From: Thermoplasmata archaeon
GTDB taxonomy: Archaea > Thermoplasmatota > Thermoplasmata > Halarchaeoplasmatales > Halarchaeoplasmataceae
Direction of reading: 5' to 3'
Length of the DNA stretch: 57,321 nt
NCBI GenBank assembly: GCA_003551065.1
Contig: PULU01000125.1
Location: forward strand, 1 to 57,321
Shown here: piece after piece, positions 39,901 through 50,471 of the stretch
Layout: each line of letters begins with the position of its first letter
Position numbering within the stretch: the stretch's first letter is position 1
Program-made: the position numbers and the translations under genes
Notes under the pieces: generated by a model
Seen by the model: the letters and a program-made list of their open reading frames with translations, nothing else
Databases searched by the model: none
Told to the model about the DNA's origin: nothing

Positions 39901-40376
39901 TCTCCCCCCTCCCTATATTGTTCAACTACCTTTTTGGCCTTCTCTCTAGTAAGGTTACCATGGACTTCGCCATCAACCATTATTACTGGGGCTAAACTGC
40001 AGCATCCAAGGCATGCTACTCTCTCGATGGTAAACATACCATCTTCGGTTGTTTCTCCAGTTTTAATACCCAATTCATTTTCGATGGTTTCTGTTATTGC
40101 CTCCGCCGCCTTCACGTGACAGGCAGTACCATGACAAAATTTTATCATGTGTTTCCCCAGAGGTTCGAACCTGAATTGGGCATAGAAAGTCGCAACACCG
40201 TATATCTTACTAACCGGTAGTTCGAGATAGTCGCTTATCTTTTCCATAACCTGTCTAGGCAGGTATCCAAACTCCTCTTGAGATTCTTGGAGTAATGGTA
40301 TAAGATTACTTGGCTGAGCTTCGTACTTATCGAAGACCTTTTCGATGCTTTCTTTCGGTATCTGGGGTTCTTCCAT
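39897..40376 (-). CDS. NuoE/HydC-like [2Fe-2S] subunit
   Basis: LIPLLQESQEEFGYLP...FCHGTACHV...ERVACLGCCSLAPV is the four-Cys pattern of 24-kDa-type subunits. Confidence 0.9.
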   Translation of the reverse strand: MEEPQIPKESIEKVFDKYEAQPSNLIPLLQESQEEFGYLPRQVMEKISDYLELPVSKIYGVATFYAQFRFEPLGKHMIKFCHGTACHVKAAEAITETIENELGIKTGETTEDGMFTIERVACLGCCSLAPVIMVDGEVHGNLTREKAKKVVEQYREGGE

Positions 40377-40511
40377 GATAGAATTCCTCCATAGGATATG
40401 ACGAGATCGGCGAACCGATGATCTCGGTTAACTCGTTTCGTTTTCTAAATGAAGTGAATATCTAGTGTATTAAAAAATTTGCTAAAGATATCTAATACAA
40501 CACTCCGTCTT

Positions 40512-40597
40512 TGTACAATTTACATAGGTTTTGCGAGATATTTAAAGATTTGAGGATATCCAATATCTTAAATTGATGTCTTTTGAGTGTACAATTT
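40512..40597. repeat. direct repeat TGTACAATTT (x2) in the divergent control region
   Basis: Identical 10-mers at 40512-40521 and 40588-40597. 8-bp palindromes AGATATCT (40486-40493) and GGATATCC (40554-40561) lie nearby. Confidence 0.6.
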
Positions 40598-40679
40598 GGC
40601 ATACAAACTTTTAATAATACCCCATGTTTGATAATCGAAATACTTAAATTTAGATAGTTTAATGTACATCCAAAGTTAG

Positions 40680-42041
<1,362 letters not shown>

Positions 42042-42121
42042 ATAATCCACAAACTCTTTTCTTTCTATTTTTAAACGGGCTTTTACCGATAATTTTTAAT
42101 CCCTCTTTTCGATACATAAGT

Positions 42122-42583
42122 ATGCCCAGTATCGAGGATCTACATAAGATGGCCGAAGATATTTATTCTATGGAAGAATTCAAAGAAAGGATATTCAAGA
42201 TGCAGAAAGTATATGATGACCTACTGGACATGGAAACCGTCGGGATGATGCTGGTCTCGAAAGAGGGACGATACGACACCATGATCAAAGATATAGCTGA
42301 ATTGCAGGAAGGAGATGAAGCGACCATAAGAGCTAAAGTAGTCGATCTTGGTAAACTCAGGACATTCAGTAATAAGGGGAATTCTGGGAAAGTGAGGAAC
42401 CTAAGATTAGATGATGGTACCGCAACGGTCAAATTAGTTTTATGGAACGAAAAAACGGAGATGGTGGGGGAAGAGATATGTCATGGTTCCGAAGTTAAGG
42501 TCATAAATGGATACGTCCAGGATAAAGGATACGGCCTCCAGATACAACCAGGTAAGTGGGGCGAGATCAGGGTTGAAGATTGA
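42122..42583 (+). CDS. OB-fold nucleic-acid-binding protein (RPA/SSB-like)
   Basis: C-terminal ~90 aa show the OB pattern ATIRAKVVDLGKLRTFSNKGNSGKVRNLRLDDGTATVKLVLWNE...VKVINGYV. Confidence 0.5.
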   Translation: MPSIEDLHKMAEDIYSMEEFKERIFKMQKVYDDLLDMETVGMMLVSKEGRYDTMIKDIAELQEGDEATIRAKVVDLGKLRTFSNKGNSGKVRNLRLDDGTATVKLVLWNEKTEMVGEEICHGSEVKVINGYVQDKGYGLQIQPGKWGEIRVED

Positions 42584-42626
42584 AAACAAAGGAAAAATGT
42601 TAATACAATTATCTAAATTAAGATAG

Positions 42627-42845
42627 ATGATGACCGAGGAAGAAGGTACGGGCTACATAGAAATTTTAGTCGAATGTCCCTTCTGCGCAGCCTATGTTCC
42701 AGACGATTTTGAATGTCTTAAATGTGGTCATGAGATCTTCGAATCAGTCGGGGATGATTCCGTAAAGTATGTTTGTTCATCCTGTGGTATGGAAGTGGAA
42801 TTCGACCAGTTAGAGTGCCCCAACTGTGGAAGTTCATTCGAATAA
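42627..42845 (+). CDS. double zinc-ribbon protein (72 aa)
   Basis: Four CxxC pairs: CPFC/CLKC and CSSC/CPNC. Confidence 0.5.
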   Translation: MMTEEEGTGYIEILVECPFCAAYVPDDFECLKCGHEIFESVGDDSVKYVCSSCGMEVEFDQLECPNCGSSFE

Positions 42846-42973
42846 AAATGAATTAGACTATTGCTCAAAATGAATTTATAATGAGCAATTTCTACGTGAT
42901 AATACAGTTTCCTCAATGTTCTCCTCTTCTTTTTTCCGAAAACAATATTACCCTTAACACGTGTACCGATACG

Positions 42974-43720
42974 ATGCCAGAAGACGAGTTCAAGTTATCC
43001 GATCTCAGAGAAGCGTTGTTGAATGAGAGAGATTCTAAACAGTTGATGGACATAAAAGGAGTTTTTTATAAAAAGTTGAGGAAATACTTGAATGAACTAG
43101 AAGATGAGATAGACGAGATAGGATTACCATCAGATTCTAGAAGTAAAGCACTTCATCGAGAATACAATAGAGCCAAAAATTATGCAGATGACCTGTTCTC
43201 TAGAAGGGCACAAAAGATCAGTCTTGCTGCTGTACACTACGTGGCTGGGTCCAAAAAAGTAGAGATAGAAAGTATGACCAAGAGGGAAGTAAAATTATTC
43301 AATGATATGGTCGATCTTCTGGAGGAGATGGAAGAGGAAATATTTTTTGGTGGTTACAAAAGGGGTGTAGAAAAGGAAGAAAAAGATGTTGCCGACAAAA
43401 AGGTCCCTAAAACAGAGAATAATGATGAAGTCAAGGAAAAGGGTTCCCCAAAGGATATAAAAATTGAAGAAAAAAAGATAAAAGATAAAGAGCGAATCGT
43501 TACTGATAAAGTATCCTCAACTGAAGAAGATAAGATCCCCTCGAAAGATCCAGAAAAAGATTTCTCAGAGATCCTTATACACGTTATGGAGAATGTACCC
43601 CCATTTGTAGATATGGATGCAACATATGACCTAAAAAAAGAGGATGTCGTGACCCTCCGAGAAGATATCGCAAAAGTATTGATAAAAAGAGGAAAGGCTA
43701 GGAAAGTTGAAATAGACTAA
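42974..43720 (+). CDS. GINS-like replication protein (Gins51/Sld5 family) with a K/E-rich insert
   Basis: N-terminal LSDLREALLNERDSKQLMDIKGVFYKKLRKYLNELEDE and C-terminal TYDLKKEDVVTLREDIAKVLIKRGKARKVE resemble the archaeal GINS A and B domains. Start moved to ATG 42974. Confidence 0.5.
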   Translation: MPEDEFKLSDLREALLNERDSKQLMDIKGVFYKKLRKYLNELEDEIDEIGLPSDSRSKALHREYNRAKNYADDLFSRRAQKISLAAVHYVAGSKKVEIESMTKREVKLFNDMVDLLEEMEEEIFFGGYKRGVEKEEKDVADKKVPKTENNDEVKEKGSPKDIKIEEKKIKDKERIVTDKVSSTEEDKIPSKDPEKDFSEILIHVMENVPPFVDMDATYDLKKEDVVTLREDIAKVLIKRGKARKVEID

Positions 43721-44196
43721 TCAAAATAGCTCTCGTATTCTCCTTTATCCATATCCTTTTGGAATTTTCTAGGATCTTTACCATCGACGGTAATACCCAT
43801 AGAGACACATGTTCCAGCGATCTCTTTAACCTTTTCTTTTAATGTTTTTCCCAATAGATCATCTTCTTTCATACCCGCCACTTCTATAGCTTCTTCGACT
43901 GATAAATCGGCTACTATATTTGAATGGGGCATACCGCTTCCTTTTTCAACTCCAACTTTTTCTTTGATCAAAGCAGAAGTAGGAGGCGTGCCTACTGAGA
44001 TATCGTATTCACCAGACTCCGTATCAACCTCTAATTTGATAGGTACTTTCATTCCCTTAAATTTCTCGGTTTTTTCATTAACCGCCTCGATAATCTCCAT
44101 TATATTCACTCCTAGAGGACCCAATTCGGGACCTAGGGGTGGTCCTGCGGATACTTCTCCTGCGTCTACAAGTGCTTCTATCGTTTCTGTTGCCAT
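43717..44196 (-). CDS. rpl11: 50S ribosomal protein L11
   Basis: GEVSAGPPLGPELGPLGVNIMEI...PPTSALIKEK matches L11. Canonical position after spt5. Confidence 0.93.
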   Translation of the reverse strand: MATETIEALVDAGEVSAGPPLGPELGPLGVNIMEIIEAVNEKTEKFKGMKVPIKLEVDTESGEYDISVGTPPTSALIKEKVGVEKGSGMPHSNIVADLSVEEAIEVAGMKEDDLLGKTLKEKVKEIAGTCVSMGITVDGKDPRKFQKDMDKGEYESYFD

Positions 44197-44220
44197 ATCA
44201 TGTCACTCCTATAATCTTGA

Positions 44221-45132
44221 TTATTTATCTTTTTCTAATACTCTAACGTGATCTCCACGGACTGTAACCGGTATCGGTACAGTTGCTTCGAACAATTCTA
44301 CAGTTATCTCGTCACTATCCTCATCTATCTGTGTGACCCTTGCTTTCTCTCCCTTGAAAGGCCCTGCAGATAGTTCAACGATGTCCCCTTCTGCGATACC
44401 TTCAACTGCAAGTTTGGGTGTCAAAAAGTGCTCGATCTCTTCGAGGCTAGTTTCTCCCTGTACAACGTTTTTTGCTTTTCTCATAGAACTGATAGCCTCT
44501 TCTATCCTATGAGGATTCATTACTTCCATGAAGATATATCCTCTCACTGGTTTTGGCGATAATATTGAAAAGATACCCAGCTTGTTACCCTCGCCATCTT
44601 TGGAAAGGGCTGAAAGGTAATCGGCCACATTTTTTTCTTGCCCGATCTGTGTTTTCACAGCAACAACTGTAGGCCTTGCCGTAGTTATCAGTGTGATAGA
44701 ATCTGAAATAAGTGTATCTCTCTTCGAAGTAGCATCTATGACCACTTCCAATTTTTCACCATATCTCGCACCTTCCGGTGCTTGCACCTTTACAGGTATT
44801 CTTTCCTCTTCACCATGATCTAACTGGATCTCTTCTTTCAATGCCTCCTCATCGGATGAGAAGTTGACCTTACCGAATATGTTCACGTTCCAAGGTATAC
44901 GCTTTTCTTTATCTCTGCTGTAGATCAAATTTGTAGTCAATTCTACATTGTGATCGTGACCTGTATCGTTGATAAGCATAACAACAAAATCCGTTTCATG
45001 TCCCGTGGTTATAGATTTAGAATTCTCATCACATACCAACTGTAACCCAAGGCGTTCTTCTTTCTCTTCAACCTCTTCTTCCTCGGGAATCTCCTCTATT
45101 TCCTCCTCTTCAAAATCTTCTAAAAGTCCCAT
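44221..45132 (-). CDS. spt5: transcription elongation factor Spt5 (NGN+KOW) with a ~150-aa N-terminal extension
   Basis: The C-terminal 150 aa are VVAVKTQIGQEKNVADYL...GYIFMEV (NGN) and GDIVELSAGPFKGEKARV (KOW). The N-terminal half is a poly-Glu tail plus a beta-rich domain. There is no in-frame start codon at the canonical Spt5 N-terminus. Confidence 0.85.
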   Translation of the reverse strand: MGLLEDFEEEEIEEIPEEEEVEEKEERLGLQLVCDENSKSITTGHETDFVVMLINDTGHDHNVELTTNLIYSRDKEKRIPWNVNIFGKVNFSSDEEALKEEIQLDHGEEERIPVKVQAPEGARYGEKLEVVIDATSKRDTLISDSITLITTARPTVVAVKTQIGQEKNVADYLSALSKDGEGNKLGIFSILSPKPVRGYIFMEVMNPHRIEEAISSMRKAKNVVQGETSLEEIEHFLTPKLAVEGIAEGDIVELSAGPFKGEKARVTQIDEDSDEITVELFEATVPIPVTVRGDHVRVLEKDK

Positions 45133-45141
45133 AAAAAAACC

Positions 45142-45375
45142 TCACATAAATAATGAAAGATAATCTGGAACATGCTGGAATAATAAATATATCAAGAAAC
45201 CTAACCCTCCGAGTAAAAGGATACCGCCTGCGCATATGAGTAACGTCTTTTTATACTCGTCAGGGGTCGGTTTCCTAGCCATCTTTAATAGACGACCATA
45301 CTTACCTTTACCTATTTTGTTGGCTTTGTCTTCGATCTTTTTCTGTAGTTTCCAAGATTCTTCCAATATGTCCAT
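45142..45375 (-). CDS. secE: protein translocase subunit SecE/Sec61-gamma
   Basis: 77 aa. [32 protein letters not shown] is a single C-terminal TM. Canonical position between ftsZ and spt5. Confidence 0.8.
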   Translation of the reverse strand: MDILEESWKLQKKIEDKANKIGKGKYGRLLKMARKPTPDEYKKTLLICAGGILLLGGLGFLIYLLFQHVPDYLSLFM

Positions 45376-45386
45376 CTGTTATTACC

Positions 45387-46502
45387 TCATGCAACACTTT
45401 GTATCTCTTCTGCGGTATCTAACTCTTTCCCAAATATCTGTTTTGATTTCACACCCGTGATAACAACCATCACCCGCAGAGACTTCTCTAAGGTTGGTTC
45501 TACAGATGCGCCCCAGATTATTCTAGCACCAGCACCTATCTTGCTCTCCACCATCTCTGCGACCCTTTCAGCTTCAGAAACTGTCATGTCGTTACCACCG
45601 ATTACGTTCACCAATGCTGCATTAGCATCGCTTATATCGACTTCTAACAGTGGAGAATTGATGGCTTCTTCTATAGCTTTTTCAGCCCTGTTCTCTGAGT
45701 CATCTTCACCCATACCTATCATCGCAACTCCAGCACCCTCCATGATGGTTTTAAGGTCGTTGAAATCCAGGTTCACAAGTCCAGGTTTAGTAACTATCTC
45801 AGTTATACCTTTAATAGATCGTGTCAGGACTTCATCAGCAACTTTGAAAGCTTTATTTAGTGATAATCTAGGGACTAACTCTAAAAGTTTATCATTGGGA
45901 ACCGTTATGACGGTGTCTGCAATACTTTTCAATCTTCCCAAACCCCACTCTGCGTTCTCCATCCTTGACGCACCTTCTGCCTTGAAAGGTGTGGTGCATA
46001 CCGCAACGGTAAGAGCACCATTCTCTTTAGCTGTCTTGGCTATCACCGGTGCTGCCCCTGTTCCTGTTCCGCCTCCGAGACCACAAGTCACGAATACTAG
46101 ATCTGTACCCTCTATCAACTCGTTCAATTCTTCTTGGGCCTCTTCTGTTGCTTCTCTACCTACTTGAGGTAGAGCTCCTGCACCCAAACCCCTTGTTTTC
46201 CTTCTACCTAAAAGGATTTTTCTCTGGGCGTGAACTGTCAATAAGTGTTGTGCATCCGTATTACAGGCGATTAATTTGGCCCCCTGAATACCTTCTTCAG
46301 CCATCCTATCTATGGTATTACAACCTGCACCACCTGCACCTATTATCTTGATCTCGGTCTTTAGACCTGAAAGTACTTCTTTAAGTTCTTCATCGTCTGC
46401 AGTCATGTTGCGCGGATCACGATCGTCATTTGCCCTTTTCTTCTTTGGACTTTCACGGGAAAGTGCTTCTTCCACAATTGATTCCATCAATATACTCTCC
46501 AT
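45387..46502 (-). CDS. ftsZ: cell division GTPase FtsZ
   Basis: [32 protein letters not shown] (tubulin signature), [11 protein letters not shown]. Confidence 0.95.
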   Translation of the reverse strand: MESILMESIVEEALSRESPKKKRANDDRDPRNMTADDEELKEVLSGLKTEIKIIGAGGAGCNTIDRMAEEGIQGAKLIACNTDAQHLLTVHAQRKILLGRRKTRGLGAGALPQVGREATEEAQEELNELIEGTDLVFVTCGLGGGTGTGAAPVIAKTAKENGALTVAVCTTPFKAEGASRMENAEWGLGRLKSIADTVITVPNDKLLELVPRLSLNKAFKVADEVLTRSIKGITEIVTKPGLVNLDFNDLKTIMEGAGVAMIGMGEDDSENRAEKAIEEAINSPLLEVDISDANAALVNVIGGNDMTVSEAERVAEMVESKIGAGARIIWGASVEPTLEKSLRVMVVITGVKSKQIFGKELDTAEEIQSVA

Positions 46503-46586
46503 TAAAGGCTATTTATACAATTATGTAAACTATTCATCTTATATAAAATATTTTGCACGAAACAAGTTGCAGATACGGTGATCGAG

Positions 46587-46677
46587 ATCGTACTCTTATA
46601 AATTTTAGATCGGTACGATGCATGACGTTTTACTAGATTTGATATAAAATTCCAGTACTTACTTTATTTTGTACTGG
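46587..46677. repeat. two GTAC-centred inverted repeats in the ftsZ upstream spacer
   Basis: ATCGTAC (46587-46593) pairs with GTACGAT (46613-46619). CCAGTAC (46652-46658) pairs with GTACTGG (46671-46677). Confidence 0.6.
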
Positions 46678-46805
46678 TTACCTCAGCATACTAACGTCAG
46701 ACATTAATCTCGTTATTTCGTATTTATGAAGATATCAAATATTTTTCAGGATTCCCTATTTTTCTTTAATACGTTTTCCATCATTATTCGTCGGACAAAA
46801 TGGTA

Positions 46806-46841
46806 GTTTTTAGTAAAAAAGACGTTTTTAGTAGAAAAAAT
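46806..46841. repeat. 18-nt tandem duplication
   Basis: GTTTTTAGTAAAAAAGAC is followed directly by GTTTTTAGTAGAAAAAAT, with 15 of 18 positions identical. Confidence 0.6.
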
Positions 46842-46954
46842 CATACAAAAAGGCTGGATATTAGCGAAACTTATTTATATTAATATTCAATTAAGGTACT
46901 GGGGTCGGGTCAAAACGACCTTATGTAAAAGGACGAAGATCGGAGGCATAAATT

Positions 46955-47173
46955 ATGAGCATGGAAAAAATAAGCGTATCCAAGGCTAGAGAAATAGCCG
47001 AGAAAAAAGGGTTGAAACCAGGTTTGGTAAAGGGTACTGATGGTATCCAGTTCACAAAGGGTGACAATCCACGATTGGATGTTATCGATTGGGACGAGTT
47101 CGAAGACAAACTCGACGAAAGAGATCTAGCGGTCTACGAATCCGGCGGCTGGATGAAGATAATGAAAGAGTAA
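46955..47173 (+). CDS. hypothetical small acidic protein (72 aa)
   Basis: ATG-started ORF with coding-like composition in an otherwise non-coding stretch. No motif recognised. Confidence 0.45.
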   Translation: MSMEKISVSKAREIAEKKGLKPGLVKGTDGIQFTKGDNPRLDVIDWDEFEDKLDERDLAVYESGGWMKIMKE

Positions 47174-47254
47174 AACCAATCTAAACCCCCTTTTCTTTTT
47201 ATTTTCTGTTTCATGAAGAAATACTTTTTTATCTAGAGTGTATAGTCCTATTAC

Positions 47255-48937
47255 ATGATAGAGATAACCCACAGATGGGGACTTGCAAAAAAAGGTAAAT
47301 TTAGTTTGGGCGATAGGATATTTCTTTGCCCGAACGTACTGTTTTTAGAGGGAGGATCTTTCTCATGTCCAGGATATGCGGAGATCACCATATCGACAGA
47401 TGGTAAGGGAGATATCAAGGTACCTGAAACCTTATTTGAAGTTCTCAGTGGTGAGGGAACATTACCTACAAGTTTCGGTTATCCTGAAAATATCGGTGGT
47501 GGATCGGTCAGCGAAGAAGGTGGAAATAAGCGAATACAGATCGTCTATGACCAGGAACCTAGGGATGATGCAGATATTTATGTCATAGGGAATTCGCCAC
47601 AGTTACTCTTCCGCAGTAGAGATCTGTTTGAAAGGATCGTCTCTTTACGAGAAAAGATACCATACCATAAGCTGATATACACTCCAGGTATAGTCCAACC
47701 CCAGAACATGGCACTTCTTGCTTATTTAGGTGTAGATCTTTTCGATTCTGTGAGTGCCGAATATTTTGATATGAAAGGAGTGCAGCTATCCGATTGGATG
47801 GGATTCTACAGTGATGGACCAGATAACAAGCGAAAGATGATGGATGAACTGAAACTCATAAGGAATGCAATTAGCAAAGGGAGGATCCGAGAACTCGTTG
47901 AAACACGTGTTCGAAGTGAGCCCTGGCAGGTCGAGGTTTTACGGATGTTAGATGATACCTATCCAAAATTCTCCAAGGAAGTACCTGTTACAGACGATAA
48001 AGTTAACGTCACCACCCGTGAGGCTTTGAATAGACCTGATATAAAGAGATTTATCACTAGGATCCAAAACCGTTATTCACCTCCTTCTCGACCGATACTG
48101 CTACTTCTTCCCTGTTCAGCATCTAAACCGTATTTTCTATCTAGAACACACTCCCGCATCCGGCAAGCTTTAAAGGACACACCTTGGACATCGATCCATG
48201 AGGTGATACTGACATCACCGCTGGGTGCCGTACCGCGAGATATCGAGATGTTCTATCCGGCAAAACAGTATGATATACCGGTATCTAGGACTTGGTTTGA
48301 AGAAGAAAAAGAGTTGATTTTGGAACAGTTGAATCATATCATCGATAAAGGAAGTTACGAACACGTGATCTCACACCTACCTCCTGACATGGATTTTGTC
48401 AAACAAAATGTGGATTGTATCGATACCGTTTCTCAAGGTTATCACTTAGATAAATATGCATTGGACCGGTTGAGGGATGAAATAAATTCTTTGAATGAAG
48501 GGAACGATCTGAGTGTAAAACGGTTCTTATGGCAAAATATCCGCTCTTTAGCGATATTCCAGTTCGGTGTTAAGGCCGAAAAAGAACTACTTAAAGATTC
48601 CTATATAAAAGGTAGATACCCAGAGTATCGTATAATGGAAGATGAGACTCAATTAGGTATGTTGGTCAGTGAAAGAGGGTTGATCTCTTTGACCATAGAG
48701 GGTGCCGAGAAGATACTTGATACGGGAGAATACCAGGCAGAAATCGATGATTTCAGACCTAAAGGTAGTGTCTTTGCAGTAGGTGTAAAGGATGCCGATG
48801 AAAAAATTCATCCAGAGGACGAAGTGATACTCGTTCACGAGGGCGAGTTGAGAGGAGTCGGTCCAGCATCCATGTCCGGTGTTGAAATGATAGATGCTGA
48901 AAGGGGAGAAGCTGTCCGAGTAAGGCACTACGTTTGA
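47255..48937 (+). CDS. arcS: archaeosine synthase ArcS-like (TGT-like N-domain, DUF5591-like middle, C-terminal PUA)
   Basis: ILLLLPCSASKPYFLSRTHSRI is the signature I associate with the ArcS middle domain. The C-terminal GSVFAVGVKDADEKIHPEDEVILVHEGELRGVG is PUA-like. Length 560 aa. Confidence 0.7.
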   Translation: MIEITHRWGLAKKGKFSLGDRIFLCPNVLFLEGGSFSCPGYAEITISTDGKGDIKVPETLFEVLSGEGTLPTSFGYPENIGGGSVSEEGGNKRIQIVYDQEPRDDADIYVIGNSPQLLFRSRDLFERIVSLREKIPYHKLIYTPGIVQPQNMALLAYLGVDLFDSVSAEYFDMKGVQLSDWMGFYSDGPDNKRKMMDELKLIRNAISKGRIRELVETRVRSEPWQVEVLRMLDDTYPKFSKEVPVTDDKVNVTTREALNRPDIKRFITRIQNRYSPPSRPILLLLPCSASKPYFLSRTHSRIRQALKDTPWTSIHEVILTSPLGAVPRDIEMFYPAKQYDIPVSRTWFEEEKELILEQLNHIIDKGSYEHVISHLPPDMDFVKQNVDCIDTVSQGYHLDKYALDRLRDEINSLNEGNDLSVKRFLWQNIRSLAIFQFGVKAEKELLKDSYIKGRYPEYRIMEDETQLGMLVSERGLISLTIEGAEKILDTGEYQAEIDDFRPKGSVFAVGVKDADEKIHPEDEVILVHEGELRGVGPASMSGVEMIDAERGEAVRVRHYV

Positions 48938-48943
48938 TCACAA

Positions 48944-50467
48944 TCAAACCGTTTTGAACTCAGGATGAGATTCGAGTATCATACCCTCTATATCGAAGGG
49001 ATCAAGGTGTTTGGCGAGTTTATAGGCTTCATCTAATTTCTTTTCATGTTCGGAAAAAATTGTGAAGAGAACCTCATCGACTTCTACTTTATCTCCTTTC
49101 TTTTTGTTGAGAATCAATCCCGCCCCGTTATCGTGTGGTGCACCTGCACTGCGGACAATCTTGATAATATCGCTATTATGTATAGAACCAACATATCCTT
49201 CATCGCAAGCTAAAACATCCTTTGTAAATTCACCTAATCTGATGTCTTCTGAAGTCACCTCAAGATCTCCCCTTTGTGCCTCGATGATCTCTTTCATCTT
49301 AGCCAAGGCTTCTCCACTTTCTAGTATCCGTTTAGCCTCTTCTTTACCTTTACCTTCTCTTACTCCGCCCTGCTCTAAAACCATACCGGCTAGAGCTGTA
49401 GATTTTTCGATGAGGCTCGTTGGGACTTCCTTGCCTTCTAAAGCCATGAGTGCCTCTCTAGCTTCTGCCGCAGGACCTACCGCCACACCAACAGGTTGAC
49501 CACCATAACTCAAGGCACATCGGACTTCTATCCCTATCTCTTCACCCAATGAAACAAAATCTCTAGCATATCTTCTACCAGCTTCCATGTTGTCCACTTT
49601 AGTGTTAGGTCCAACTGGGATGTCCATGACAAGGTAATCAGCACCTGTAGCTTTCTTTTTTGACAGTACAGATGCTAAAACTTGTGGGTATGGATCGATC
49701 ATCAGCGGATACTCTGCCCTTATGATGATATCGTCACTGGGGGCCAAATTCACACCACCACCCCATGCTATGGTTCCACCGACCTCCTCGGCTATCCTCT
49801 TTATTTCATCAGTGTTTAAAGTAACATCAGCTAGAACTTCGAATATATCCGCAGTCCCTCCTGCACTGGATATAGCTCTTGAACTGGTTTTAGGTATCAT
49901 CATACCTGCAGCTGCGACGATGGGGACTATAAGTAAGGTGATCTTATTACCTGGCACGCCCCCGATACTGTGGTGGTCGAAAACAGGGTTTTTATCGAAC
50001 TCTATACTATCACCCGTTTTGATCATGGCCCAGATGAGATCTTTTATCTCTCTATTGGTCATACCTTTTGAGTAAACACCACAAACATAGGCAGAAAGTT
50101 CTATATCTGATAATTTGTAATCTGTGATATCCTGGATTATTTCATTGATAGCATGCTCAGACAGTTCCTTACCCTCTAATTTTTCTTTTATATGCTCTAT
50201 AGATTCCGGCCTGCCTGCAGTGACTATCTTTAACACGTCTCCTTCTTTTGCCTTCACTTCTTCGAAGACCTTTTCCAAGAGACCGATCTCTCCTTCATCC
50301 ACCAAGGTATTAGAGGTTTCAACGATAGCACTAGCTGTACTGCCCTTATTATCGATCCGGACCCTACTTTGACTTCTAACACCTAATCTTTCTGCATCTA
50401 TGTTATTCAAAAGGACTGTATGTTCACCGGCCTCGATGTCTATTTTTTTACCTTTTAATCGCAACAT
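48944..50467 (-). CDS. deoA: AMP phosphorylase (thymidine phosphorylase family)
   Basis: N-terminal MLRLKGKKIDIEAGEHTVLLN domain. HHSIGGVPGNK. TSSRAISSAGGTAD. Start moved to the Met 4 nt after the rbcL stop. Confidence 0.85.
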   Translation of the reverse strand: MLRLKGKKIDIEAGEHTVLLNNIDAERLGVRSQSRVRIDNKGSTASAIVETSNTLVDEGEIGLLEKVFEEVKAKEGDVLKIVTAGRPESIEHIKEKLEGKELSEHAINEIIQDITDYKLSDIELSAYVCGVYSKGMTNREIKDLIWAMIKTGDSIEFDKNPVFDHHSIGGVPGNKITLLIVPIVAAAGMMIPKTSSRAISSAGGTADIFEVLADVTLNTDEIKRIAEEVGGTIAWGGGVNLAPSDDIIIRAEYPLMIDPYPQVLASVLSKKKATGADYLVMDIPVGPNTKVDNMEAGRRYARDFVSLGEEIGIEVRCALSYGGQPVGVAVGPAAEAREALMALEGKEVPTSLIEKSTALAGMVLEQGGVREGKGKEEAKRILESGEALAKMKEIIEAQRGDLEVTSEDIRLGEFTKDVLACDEGYVGSIHNSDIIKIVRSAGAPHDNGAGLILNKKKGDKVEVDEVLFTIFSEHEKKLDEAYKLAKHLDPFDIEGMILESHPEFKTV

Positions 50468-50471
50468 CCTC

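Noticed and set aside
45457-46167. 236-aa antisense ORF opposite ftsZ, and similar long shadow ORFs at 38720-39241, 32600-33124, 49062-49499, 51253-51690 and 1352-1729
   Set aside because: All lie antisense to strongly supported conserved genes. They are S/T/P/L-rich low-complexity translations typical of the reverse frame of acidic-protein genes.
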